The notes under the pieces: model-generated
The model's input: only the letters and a program-made list of their open reading frames with translations
Database searches by the model: none
What the model was told of the DNA's origin: nothing
In this document: in pieces, positions 34,687-42,763 of the stretch
Layout: every line of letters starts with the position of its first letter
How positions within the stretch are numbered: the stretch's first letter is position 1
From: a virus
Reading direction: 5' to 3' (one strand)
DNA length: 60,599 nt
Virus record (IMG/VR): IMGVR_UViG_3300035138_000104
Coordinates: 1-60,599 of that record
Translations under genes and position numbers: made by a program

Positions 34687-35233
34687 CAGCTATACCCTGA
34701 AATGTTCGGCTTCTATCTTTTGAATTTCTAGGCATTTTGTACCATCCTGAAGTATATCTAAACCCATTTTCTGTTATAATATAAGTTAATTCAACTTCTT
34801 TTGTTTTTTGGAGCAAAGGTAAATTTTTTAACCATAAACAAGTTTTTTTTGAATAATCATGCCCAAAATAATATGGTTGTATAATCTGATTATAATTTGG
34901 TAAATTTGCCATTTTAGATGGTATTGGATTTTCTATGCATATTTTTTCTATATTAGCATTATATAATTTCATAAAAAATGTTTTCGATATTTTAATATTT
35001 TCATTTTGATTTTCTATTTTGTTTAATCTTGATCTATTTCTACATAAATAAGTACATGGAGGATGGGCAACCATTAAATCCCAATCATTATCTAATATTT
35101 CTAAAACATCACTTTTAATATGTTGCCCCGGTATTTCAGTATCTAATAAATCACATGACCAGGCATCATGTCCACGTTTCCTAAAAGCCTCCCTTATAAT
35201 ACCAGAAAACTCACATGCTATTAAAACTTTCAT
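34661..35233 (-). CDS. Short C5-cytosine DNA methyltransferase-like protein
   Basis: 190 aa. IACEFSGIIREAF (FxG loop), HPPCTYL (ProCys motif), CIENPIPS (ENV-like). Confidence 0.5.
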   Translation of the reverse strand: MKVLIACEFSGIIREAFRKRGHDAWSCDLLDTEIPGQHIKSDVLEILDNDWDLMVAHPPCTYLCRNRSRLNKIENQNENIKISKTFFMKLYNANIEKICIENPIPSKMANLPNYNQIIQPYYFGHDYSKKTCLWLKNLPLLQKTKEVELTYIITENGFRYTSGWYKMPRNSKDRSRTFQGIADAMAEQWG

Positions 35234-35838
35234 TTATTTTCCTTTTTCTCAATTCTCCAATCATGCCCATATCTAAACTCACAAAATCGATCTGGTTTGT
35301 GCGGACACGGTAAAGATAAATTGCCTATTTTAGATTTATCCAAAGGGAATAAATATTCAACTGGAAAATGCTTCCCTTTATTTTCATCTTTGCCCTGAAT
35401 ATATTGTTTACGGTATAAACAAGCTGTATTATATTGCCATCTATCCTCTTGCCAGATTTCTTTAAATGGCATGATTTGAACATCCCATGCAAAGATATCC
35501 ACATGAAGTTCATTTATTCTGCTATAATCTAATCGTAAAAAATTAGGATAGAACCAACTTACTAGATGGAATCCCATCAAACGAAATTCATCGCTTAAGC
35601 ATAATAGTTTATCTAAATCCTGCCTTAGTATACCAATATCGCAATCATCGTCATAGGGTATTATTTGCCCCTGTCTTATACTTCCAAGCAATGTGCCATA
35701 ATCAATCCAATATAATATATTATGCTTTCTAAATACGATATCTATAGCAGATAATAGTTTCATAAGATTGTTTTTGCAGCATTCATTTAATGGGAATCCT
35801 TTTTGTATATCGCACTTTTTAGTATCTTTATTACACAT
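35230..35838 (-). CDS. LicD-family phosphotransferase
   Basis: 202 aa. WIDYGTLLGSIRQGQIIPYDDDCDIGI matches the LicD/fukutin-type signature. Confidence 0.7.
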   Translation of the reverse strand: MCNKDTKKCDIQKGFPLNECCKNNLMKLLSAIDIVFRKHNILYWIDYGTLLGSIRQGQIIPYDDDCDIGILRQDLDKLLCLSDEFRLMGFHLVSWFYPNFLRLDYSRINELHVDIFAWDVQIMPFKEIWQEDRWQYNTACLYRKQYIQGKDENKGKHFPVEYLFPLDKSKIGNLSLPCPHKPDRFCEFRYGHDWRIEKKENK

Positions 35839-35848
35839 TTTAAATTGC

Positions 35849-36130
35849 TTATAACCTTATATTTTCTTTTAAGTTATTCAAATTATTAATACAAGACTCT
35901 AACGATCCGTTAAAATTCTTTAATTTGTCACCTAAAACAGTTCCACATCCTTCTGATAATTTGGAGTCTAATTTTTCAGTTGGATATTCTTCAATAATAT
36001 CAGCACATCGTTTTCTTAAAGAATTAATAGCATGATCCAATTTTTCTAAATGCTCACCAATTAAACGCACCTCACGCCCTATTTCATATTCTATTCGTTC
36101 TTTCTCATCAGTTTTTTCTAACTCATACAT
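35849..36130 (-). CDS. Hypothetical helical protein (93 aa)
   Basis: ORF in the island gene train. Confidence 0.6.
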   Translation of the reverse strand: MYELEKTDEKERIEYEIGREVRLIGEHLEKLDHAINSLRKRCADIIEEYPTEKLDSKLSEGCGTVLGDKLKNFNGSLESCINNLNNLKENIRL

Positions 36131-36175
36131 ATTTAATCTCCTAAAAAAAATATATTTTTAACCATTAACAATGGT

Positions 36176-36991
36176 TTATCCCTCAATAAACTCAACTTTA
36201 CTCTCAATATGGCAAGAGTTGCCGTTAAATATTTCAAGTTTACTATAATCAATAACATAGCCATCTAAATATTTATAATTCAAAAACTCCGCAGGTATTC
36301 TTCCGTGCCTATTCTTATTATCCATTTGCACCCGATTTATAGGCAAATTTACAATCTTAGGTTCATCAAAGCCCATCATTAAATATCTAGCATAAGGCAT
36401 TATACGAGCAAAAAAGCCCTCAAGTGTATTGGGGGATCTAAACTCAAACTTCTTAATATAAGGCAGAATAAAGTCCGTCTCATATAAATTAAAATCCAAA
36501 CTGAATGGATAAGTCCAGTCCCCTTCTTCTCCCTCGGTCCAATTCCACAAATTATAATCCGCACCCTTGATTAAAAGCGGCCGGGATATAAATCTATTCT
36601 GTGTATAACAATAAGAAATATTCTTACCGAGCCTTAATGACAAAGTAATTATCTCAGGGCGTTGCTTAAAGAAATCAACCTCTTTACATTGCAAATCAAA
36701 ATCACGAATAAAAACATCATCATCAGTCCCAAATATAACAAGTTCTTTACTTGTATCTATGCAATTAATAACATTCTGTCTAAATGTCACTTGTTTGACA
36801 AACTCAATATTACCCTTACATTCATTTTTAAGCTTATTATATCCAGCTTCAAAACTATCATTAGAATAAGTATAAATAACCTTAATCTCCTGGTTATCAA
36901 AATCATTCCAATGCATTTTCATGGATCTTAATAACAATTCTAATTGACAAGGTCTATTAAAACTAAAAATTATTATATTTGCTTTATTCAT
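36176..36991 (-). CDS. Putative GT-A glycosyltransferase
   Basis: 271 aa. N-terminal IIIFSFNRPCQLELLLRSM and FGTDDDVF. Confidence 0.45.
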   Translation of the reverse strand: MNKANIIIFSFNRPCQLELLLRSMKMHWNDFDNQEIKVIYTYSNDSFEAGYNKLKNECKGNIEFVKQVTFRQNVINCIDTSKELVIFGTDDDVFIRDFDLQCKEVDFFKQRPEIITLSLRLGKNISYCYTQNRFISRPLLIKGADYNLWNWTEGEEGDWTYPFSLDFNLYETDFILPYIKKFEFRSPNTLEGFFARIMPYARYLMMGFDEPKIVNLPINRVQMDNKNRHGRIPAEFLNYKYLDGYVIDYSKLEIFNGNSCHIESKVEFIEG

Positions 36992-37054
36992 TATACAACT
37001 CCAAAAAAATTTAATTTAATAAAATATAATTTAATATAAAGTAAGCCGACAAAA

Positions 37055-37690
37055 TTATATTTTTCTATCTTCTAAGACTATAGAATAATCAAGGCTCTTT
37101 TGCATTATATAAGAAAAGCCTGTCCTCTGTGTTATTTGACGAGGATTCATGCAAAAACTCTTTTTATATTGTTCCTGGATTAAAAAGCTCAATAATACAT
37201 CGTATTGAGTATTAACCTCCTTAAACTGCAATATCTGATTATAGATGCTAGAATTAACGCAATAAGCATGTGTAGTATAACATCTATAAACACGCATTAT
37301 ATCTTTATTATAAATATCGTAATGATGCCCTGAATTAACATTCAAGTTGCCACCAAAATAAAATAAATGCCAATCTCCATTTAATATGAAATCTTTTACC
37401 ATTCCCAATTTTTCTAAAAAAGTATCTTTTATATTTATATCATCTTCAAATATACATACTCTATCAATGCCGTTCTCTTTGCATTGTTCAATAATAGCCA
37501 AATGTGACAATTTACATCCAGCCTCACGATCTTGTAATGTTTGACCGTTATTTACTTTAATGCCTTCAAATATAATATAATCGGATATCCCAATTTTAGC
37601 AAGTTGTTTTTTTGCATGTTCAAGGCGTTCAGCATGTTCAGGGAGATTGATCAAATATACAACTGGAAATAATTGATTAAAATTGAACAT
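37055..37690 (-). CDS. Glycosyltransferase family 25-like
   Basis: ATG at 37690 follows GGAG. VYLINLPEHAERLEHAKKQL, CKLSHLAI, IFEDD. Confidence 0.6.
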   Translation of the reverse strand: MFNFNQLFPVVYLINLPEHAERLEHAKKQLAKIGISDYIIFEGIKVNNGQTLQDREAGCKLSHLAIIEQCKENGIDRVCIFEDDINIKDTFLEKLGMVKDFILNGDWHLFYFGGNLNVNSGHHYDIYNKDIMRVYRCYTTHAYCVNSSIYNQILQFKEVNTQYDVLLSFLIQEQYKKSFCMNPRQITQRTGFSYIMQKSLDYSIVLEDRKI

Positions 37691-37833
37691 TCTTTTTTCT
37701 CCGTATTGATTTAAACTTAATATATTTAAGCCGTCCACAATTTTTACATATCTTAGATTCTTCTATACCTATAATATCTTTCGAAAAATATTTGATTTCG
37801 TTAATTTTTTTACTCCAAACATGTAAACACATA

Positions 37834-38532
37834 TTACCTCTGAGTTTCATTCAACCTATACGCCGAATTATTCTTGCCTATATGCTGAAAATAATTATCG
37901 GTAAAATAAGCAATCTTAAGTCCTTTTCCTGCAACCTGGCAGGCATAATTGAACTCAAAACCGAATATATCTTCTCTAAAGCGCAAATTATTTTCTTTTA
38001 GCTTTTTGACATTGATTAAGCTAGGATTCAAAGTGAACCCTGGAAATGCTGGTCTGCCTAGACTATCAACTGATTTGACATTATAGTCATATTTTATATA
38101 TTTTTTATTGCCTAATTTTAAAGTCTTTTGCCCTATTGCTGTTATATCAGCTTTACGGTGGTATTGGACCTGGACAACATTATCATGCTTATTAAATATC
38201 TGAAACGCAGTTTTAATGAAATTATCAGACTTAACGCACTCCCAATCGTCCTCACATAAGAACAAATAATCATTAGATACTAGATTAAATAAAACATTCA
38301 TAGATTTTGGATGCGACTTATATTCTGTTTTATTCACAAATATTAATGGCTTGCCTAATTTTTTTAATAGTCCCATCATTAAAATAATATCTGGTAATTC
38401 TGAATTATCGTCTATCAATATTATTTCTGATACCAGATCCCATTCCTTAAAGTTCTTCAATAATGAATTGAATGTTTTTAAAAATAAGTTATATCGTTTG
38501 CATGTAATAAAGCCTAATGAAATTTTTAACAT
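37834..38532 (-). CDS. Glycosyltransferase family 2-like
   Basis: 232 aa. ILIDDNS (DxD-type) and LCEDDW. Confidence 0.6.
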   Translation of the reverse strand: MLKISLGFITCKRYNLFLKTFNSLLKNFKEWDLVSEIILIDDNSELPDIILMMGLLKKLGKPLIFVNKTEYKSHPKSMNVLFNLVSNDYLFLCEDDWECVKSDNFIKTAFQIFNKHDNVVQVQYHRKADITAIGQKTLKLGNKKYIKYDYNVKSVDSLGRPAFPGFTLNPSLINVKKLKENNLRFREDIFGFEFNYACQVAGKGLKIAYFTDNYFQHIGKNNSAYRLNETQR

Positions 38533-38858
38533 TATTTTTTATCCTTATTGTCTAATATCTCAATAAGTTCCTCTTGTAATTCTATTATTTCTTTACATTT
38601 AGCCAGCATTTCTTCATCGTCCCTAGTTGTAAAAAATGAACTATCCCTTAAAACATTTCTTATTTCTTCTTCCCTTGATAACTTTATATGATTCCATCTT
38701 TTCCAATCATTTAAAATTAATTTTTTTATCCTACCCCATTTATCTTGTTTTTTGTTATTACTATATAATATATTTCTTATCCTATATGCTACATCAGGAG
38801 TGAATAATAGTAATTTATGTGAAAATTCTTCACTTATTTGTTCTTTGTCTTCTTTCAT
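38532..38858 (-). CDS. Hypothetical protein (108 aa)
   Basis: ORF in the gene train. Its stop overlaps the next start. Confidence 0.6.
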   Translation of the reverse strand: MKEDKEQISEEFSHKLLLFTPDVAYRIRNILYSNNKKQDKWGRIKKLILNDWKRWNHIKLSREEEIRNVLRDSSFFTTRDDEEMLAKCKEIIELQEELIEILDNKDKK

Positions 38859-38872
38859 CCTTTTTCCCCTTT

Positions 38873-39085
38873 TTATTCATCCGTGATCTCGCTAATATCA
38901 TTTTCTTCATCTAATAATAATTCAGCTTCTAAATTTTTATAATAATTAGAATCATATATTTTTTTTGACTTTTCTTTAAATTTTTTTTCAGCTTTTTTAA
39001 TTGCTTCTACATCATTTTTAGCAATGACATAACATCTTACAAAAGACGCCCCCATCCATCCATTTGTCACACAATATACTCTCAT
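38873..39085 (-). CDS. Hypothetical protein (70 aa)
   Basis: ORF in the gene train with GGAG upstream. Confidence 0.6.
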   Translation of the reverse strand: MRVYCVTNGWMGASFVRCYVIAKNDVEAIKKAEKKFKEKSKKIYDSNYYKNLEAELLLDEENDISEITDE

Positions 39086-39105
39086 TTTTTATCTCCTGCT
39101 ATTAT

Positions 39106-39411
39106 TCATAATTTTATTTTTAAAGATGCTGGTACTCCATAAATTTTATCTTCATATAAGTTAAAACAACGTTTATCTAAAATTAAAATTTTATTTTCAA
39201 AAGGATGTTTTTTATAGACATATTTACAGGTTTCAAAAGCATATATTTCTTCATCTTTAATCTTTCGCAAATATTTATCTAATAATTTTCTTTTTAATTC
39301 ATCTTGTTTTCTTAAACTCTTATAAAGTTTAATAGAATCAATCCACGATTGATAATCAAAATAGGTTAAAGTTGTAGCTTCGTTTATTTGATTGCTATTT
39401 ATATTATTCAT
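39106..39411 (-). CDS. Hypothetical protein, paralog of 52915..53268
   Basis: 101 aa. ETCKYVYKKHPFENKILILDK matches ETCKYVYTLHPFEKDKLIILDK in the other copy. Confidence 0.65.
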   Translation of the reverse strand: MNNINSNQINEATTLTYFDYQSWIDSIKLYKSLRKQDELKRKLLDKYLRKIKDEEIYAFETCKYVYKKHPFENKILILDKRCFNLYEDKIYGVPASLKIKL

Positions 39412-39560
39412 AACCCACCTGAGATCATATCATGACAACCATCGCATATTATTATTTTATCACCTGTTGATGGTAAATAATTATTTTTGGTTAATCGATC
39501 TTTTTTGAATATAACTTCACACATTTGGCATTGATATTCATTGTCTTTAGCATTATTCAT
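39408..39560 (-). CDS. Small zinc-ribbon protein (50 aa)
   Basis: ATG at 39560. CQMC...CDGC. It has ATGA-type overlaps with both neighbours and is below the track cutoff. Confidence 0.5.
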   Translation of the reverse strand: MNNAKDNEYQCQMCEVIFKKDRLTKNNYLPSTGDKIIICDGCHDMISGGL

Positions 39561-39765
39561 TATTAATGCCCTCAATTCTTTTTCTTAAAGCAGCAATATC
39601 TTTATATATCTCTGCCAAGTGAAAAGATGATATCCTTCTATATTCTTTCAATATCTCTTCAAAGGGCGGATTAAATAACATAATAGATTTAAGCTGTCTG
39701 TTTTTTTCTTTCGCATCTTCCCAATTTTTATTAAGCTCGTCAAATATTTGTTTTTGTGATTTCAT
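39553..39765 (-). CDS. Hypothetical protein (70 aa)
   Basis: ORF in the gene train. Confidence 0.6.
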   Translation of the reverse strand: MKSQKQIFDELNKNWEDAKEKNRQLKSIMLFNPPFEEILKEYRRISSFHLAEIYKDIAALRKRIEGINNE

Positions 39766-39944
39766 TTTTTTAATTCCTTTAAAAGTTCTTTTGTTATTTT
39801 ATTTCTTTCTTGCAAAACTTCTTTTAATATTTTCATTGACACTTGTATATATATGCTTCCATCATAATCATTACAAACATATATATCTATATTATCACCA
39901 TTAAGTTCAATAAAGTCTTTTTGTGCAGTGTACCATTTGCTCAT
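39762..39944 (-). CDS. Hypothetical protein (60 aa), first gene after leader element copy 3
   Basis: AAGGAGAAAUAAG precedes the ATG at 39944. Confidence 0.6.
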   Translation of the reverse strand: MSKWYTAQKDFIELNGDNIDIYVCNDYDGSIYIQVSMKILKEVLQERNKITKELLKELKK

Positions 39945-39957
39945 CTTATTTCTCCTT

Positions 39958-40036
39958 AAAATAAAAAAGACTTTCTGAAGGATGGGAACTGCGAGCTACC
40001 CATTTAACCCTGTCAAAAAGTCTTTTTCTCGCAGTT
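39958..40036 (-). ncRNA. 5'-flank/apical-loop complementary RNA element, copy 3 (leader of the glycan island operon)
   Basis: RNA sense: AACUGCGAG (40036-40028) is complementary to CUCGCAGUU in the 12-nt loop UAGCUCGCAGUU (39998-39987). Inner stem AUGGG/CCCAU. Outer stem AAAAAGACUUU/AAAGUCUUUUU (40027-40017 with 39974-39964), then UAUUUU. Confidence 0.6.
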
Positions 40037-40043
40037 AATATAG

Positions 40044-40071
40044 ATTATACTGCAATATTTTTATTTGTCAA
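40044..40071 (-). promoter_or_regulatory. Sigma70-type promoter
   Basis: TTGACA (40071-40066), 16 nt, TATAAT (40049-40044). The predicted start is about 40039-40036, at the first nucleotides of element copy 3. Confidence 0.7.
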
Positions 40072-40078
40072 ATATTTT

Positions 40079-41101
40079 TTATAAAATAATCGGTTTTTTA
40101 ACACACCTGCAAAAAAACTCTAATCCTGGTTTTGTCACTGGCGCACCTATAGCAGCCCTACTTTTCCATTTATTATTCTTAACATCCTCCAGAGTATCAG
40201 CATAAACCGAATCATCATTGAACTTGCAAAACTTCTTATGAAGCACGTAATGATTTCCATGCCCCTTGCTTGGATCAGGATATTTCCCGGATGGATCACC
40301 CACCACACGATAATCATCCATTGTCAACCACTGATAAACATGTATACCTGCATCTGTAAATCTGGAAGTCGATAGATCAGAATAGAAAAGCGTTGTTTCC
40401 TGCCTGGCCAAGAATCTAGCCTTTGACTTACTCGTCTCAAACTCTGTCTGTATAGCTTCGATCATCTTTTGTCTATTATAGCCCTCATATGTCATTTTGG
40501 AAACCATTTCTCTCAGCCTCTCAACCTGCTTAGTATCCCAACAGTCCGGATCTAACTCATTAACAATTGACAGTTCCATATTTTTATTATATTGCTCAAC
40601 CATTTGCTGCCTGATATAATCATTAGGAGTATATCGAATACCTAGATCGATTCGTTCTTTATTCAATACACTGTCCATTTCCTTTGATACGCTATCAATA
40701 TTAAAATCAATACCCCTTATTTTATCTTTTGATGTGTTCGCAATATTATCAATAACGGTTTTCATCCTGGAATGTAATTGTCTGGCTTTTTCATTAACAA
40801 TGACAGAAGCTGATAATATATCTTTTGGGATTAATGTCTTATCCTTGATCTTCCATCGTTTAGTATATTTATTAAACTTAGCAAACTTTCTTAACTCATT
40901 AGATACCTTCATATTAAAGACGCCGTATATTTCATCACCCTGAAATACTACACGTCCTTTATTAATAGCATTTATTACATCATTAGTGGAATTATAAAGC
41001 GGTTCTTTGAATAGTTCTAAGATTGGTTCAAAATATGTTTTATAGAAATAATCCCTGAGCTGTTCCTCAATATCTGAATACCATGATTGTTTTATTCGCA
41101 T
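40079..41101 (-). CDS. Head morphogenesis protein, Mu F / SPP1 gp7 family
   Basis: 340 aa. It sits in the portal-proximal head block, and its C-terminal FFCRCV resembles the H.NCRC motif of the family. Confidence 0.65.
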   Translation of the reverse strand: MRIKQSWYSDIEEQLRDYFYKTYFEPILELFKEPLYNSTNDVINAINKGRVVFQGDEIYGVFNMKVSNELRKFAKFNKYTKRWKIKDKTLIPKDILSASVIVNEKARQLHSRMKTVIDNIANTSKDKIRGIDFNIDSVSKEMDSVLNKERIDLGIRYTPNDYIRQQMVEQYNKNMELSIVNELDPDCWDTKQVERLREMVSKMTYEGYNRQKMIEAIQTEFETSKSKARFLARQETTLFYSDLSTSRFTDAGIHVYQWLTMDDYRVVGDPSGKYPDPSKGHGNHYVLHKKFCKFNDDSVYADTLEDVKNNKWKSRAAIGAPVTKPGLEFFCRCVKKPIIL

Positions 41102-41108
41102 TTAAAAT

Positions 41109-41873
41109 TTATTGACCTTTTAATTTTTCCTCAAAATATAATTCTAAAAATTGACTAAAATTATCCGTTGGATTTTCTTCATAAAGTTTGTCTAGTTTTT
41201 TATTTGCTTCATGTAATTGACCTTTATCCACTCCAATAATTTTAGGCACAAATTCATAATCAGTTTCATCAGATAATAAATCAGCCGCTAATAATGCTTT
41301 CATTATTTCTTTTTCATTATTCTTATAATATGGTGGGATTAATAATCCTTTAAAGTTCCATTTTTTTAAACCAGCTTCGTCATAAGATGTTTTTTTAGGT
41401 GTCCCTCCTTTCCATCCTACATCCCCCCATTCATGAAAATCAACATCTTCTTTTGGTGCTTCTAAAATAGTAAAAACATTATTCCCTAATTTTTCTAAAA
41501 ATTTAGTACTTCCATCAATACTACTTGTAGATAAATATTCTCCTGCACTTCCATTTTGCCATTCCCATAAATCTTTTAACCCATCAAATGTCGTTGAATG
41601 AATATAAATATTTTCAGGAGAAATGTTTAAACCTTCAGATATTTTTGATTTTAATTCTTTTTGATCAGAAGAATCCATAAACTTTTTTTTATCTTTTTCT
41701 ATCTTTTCTTTTCCTTTCCCTCTTGTAACTGCAACCCAACCTTCACTCGTTTTTTTATGCTGGCTTCCATCAGCCCAAGTATGAACTTCACCTATTTTTG
41801 CAGGTTCAGCATTATAATGATAAATATTCGGCTTTTTCTTCCGATAAACTAATATTCGTTTTTTTATTGCCAT
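41109..41873 (-). CDS. Hypothetical virion-module protein sharing an N-terminal motif with 22829..23269
   Basis: 254 aa, immediately upstream of the MuF-like gene. The shared N-terminal segment is TW..G.Q.KK....W V.V.RGK.KEK. Confidence 0.6.
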   Translation of the reverse strand: MAIKKRILVYRKKKPNIYHYNAEPAKIGEVHTWADGSQHKKTSEGWVAVTRGKGKEKIEKDKKKFMDSSDQKELKSKISEGLNISPENIYIHSTTFDGLKDLWEWQNGSAGEYLSTSSIDGSTKFLEKLGNNVFTILEAPKEDVDFHEWGDVGWKGGTPKKTSYDEAGLKKWNFKGLLIPPYYKNNEKEIMKALLAADLLSDETDYEFVPKIIGVDKGQLHEANKKLDKLYEENPTDNFSQFLELYFEEKLKGQ

Positions 41874-42178
41874 TATATTTCTTCCATGTTTAAAATATCA
41901 TCCATTTCTTTTTTTGTCAGTAAACAATCTTTATCCTCAGTAGTTGGGATGTCTTCAGTCGAAGGCACATCTTGATCTTCAGTAGTTGGAATAGTTATAA
42001 AATCTAATTCGCATTCATTTACCCATTCTTTTCTAATTATACCTGTATTATCAAGATATTCAACCTCAATTTGAATATTTATATTTCTAGAATCGAAAAG
42101 AATTCTTGAAACAATGCCTTCAATATTATATTCTTTTATAATACATGCTTGGCATAAATTAAATTTACATTTTCTCAT
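41873..42178 (-). CDS. Hypothetical acidic protein (101 aa)
   Basis: C-terminal PTTED/PSTED short repeats. Confidence 0.6.
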   Translation of the reverse strand: MRKCKFNLCQACIIKEYNIEGIVSRILFDSRNINIQIEVEYLDNTGIIRKEWVNECELDFITIPTTEDQDVPSTEDIPTTEDKDCLLTKKEMDDILNMEEI

Positions 42179-42753
42179 TATTTTCCTCCTTCTATCATTG
42201 CTAATTTATCATAATAGTCGTCCAGTTCACTAAGGTGATCCTTTGAGATTTTCTCTGCAATCATTTCAGCATAAGGACTATTAACATCGATGTGTTCTTT
42301 CTCGACCTCTATGCCTTTACGCAATTGATCCTCAGGGAAATCCTCTTTCCCAACAGACAAACCACCCTGCATAATAGTATCATAAAACTTTTTATAATCG
42401 ATTTCTTGATTTTGCTTATTAACCGCACCCCAAGCTCTTTTGGCTGCTTCTTCTTTGCTCATTCCCTTCTTACGATATTGGGCATAAACATCAGCTAATA
42501 AATCAGCTTTTTCTTTTGGAAGATCCCCTGGTTCTGGACTCTCAAAACCTTTCACTGTTTTAGCATTATCCGCATACCTATAAATAGTTTTCTTATGTCT
42601 ATAGACTGTCACTTCATTTTTTTTAGTCTGTGTTTCAAACATACCAAAAGCCTTACCCTGAGCCTGTTTATCTGTTAGCCCTTCTTTCTTTAAAATAGGT
42701 ATTGCTCTTGATACATAATCTTCTTTACTTTCTCCTGGTTTCACCTTTGGCAT
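42178..42753 (-). CDS. Hypothetical head-module protein (191 aa)
   Basis: N-terminal KPGESKEDYVSRAIP and C-terminal EKEH...DHLSELDDYYDKL patterns are common in phage head modules (from memory). Confidence 0.5.
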   Translation of the reverse strand: MPKVKPGESKEDYVSRAIPILKKEGLTDKQAQGKAFGMFETQTKKNEVTVYRHKKTIYRYADNAKTVKGFESPEPGDLPKEKADLLADVYAQYRKKGMSKEEAAKRAWGAVNKQNQEIDYKKFYDTIMQGGLSVGKEDFPEDQLRKGIEVEKEHIDVNSPYAEMIAEKISKDHLSELDDYYDKLAMIEGGK

Positions 42754-42763
42754 AACAACCCCT

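Noticed and set aside
27950-39944. The island as a DNA base hypermodification pathway
   Set aside because: There is no hydroxymethylase or thymidylate-synthase-like gene, no nucleotide kinase, and no aminotransferase or radical-SAM gene. The enzyme set looks like glycan assembly.
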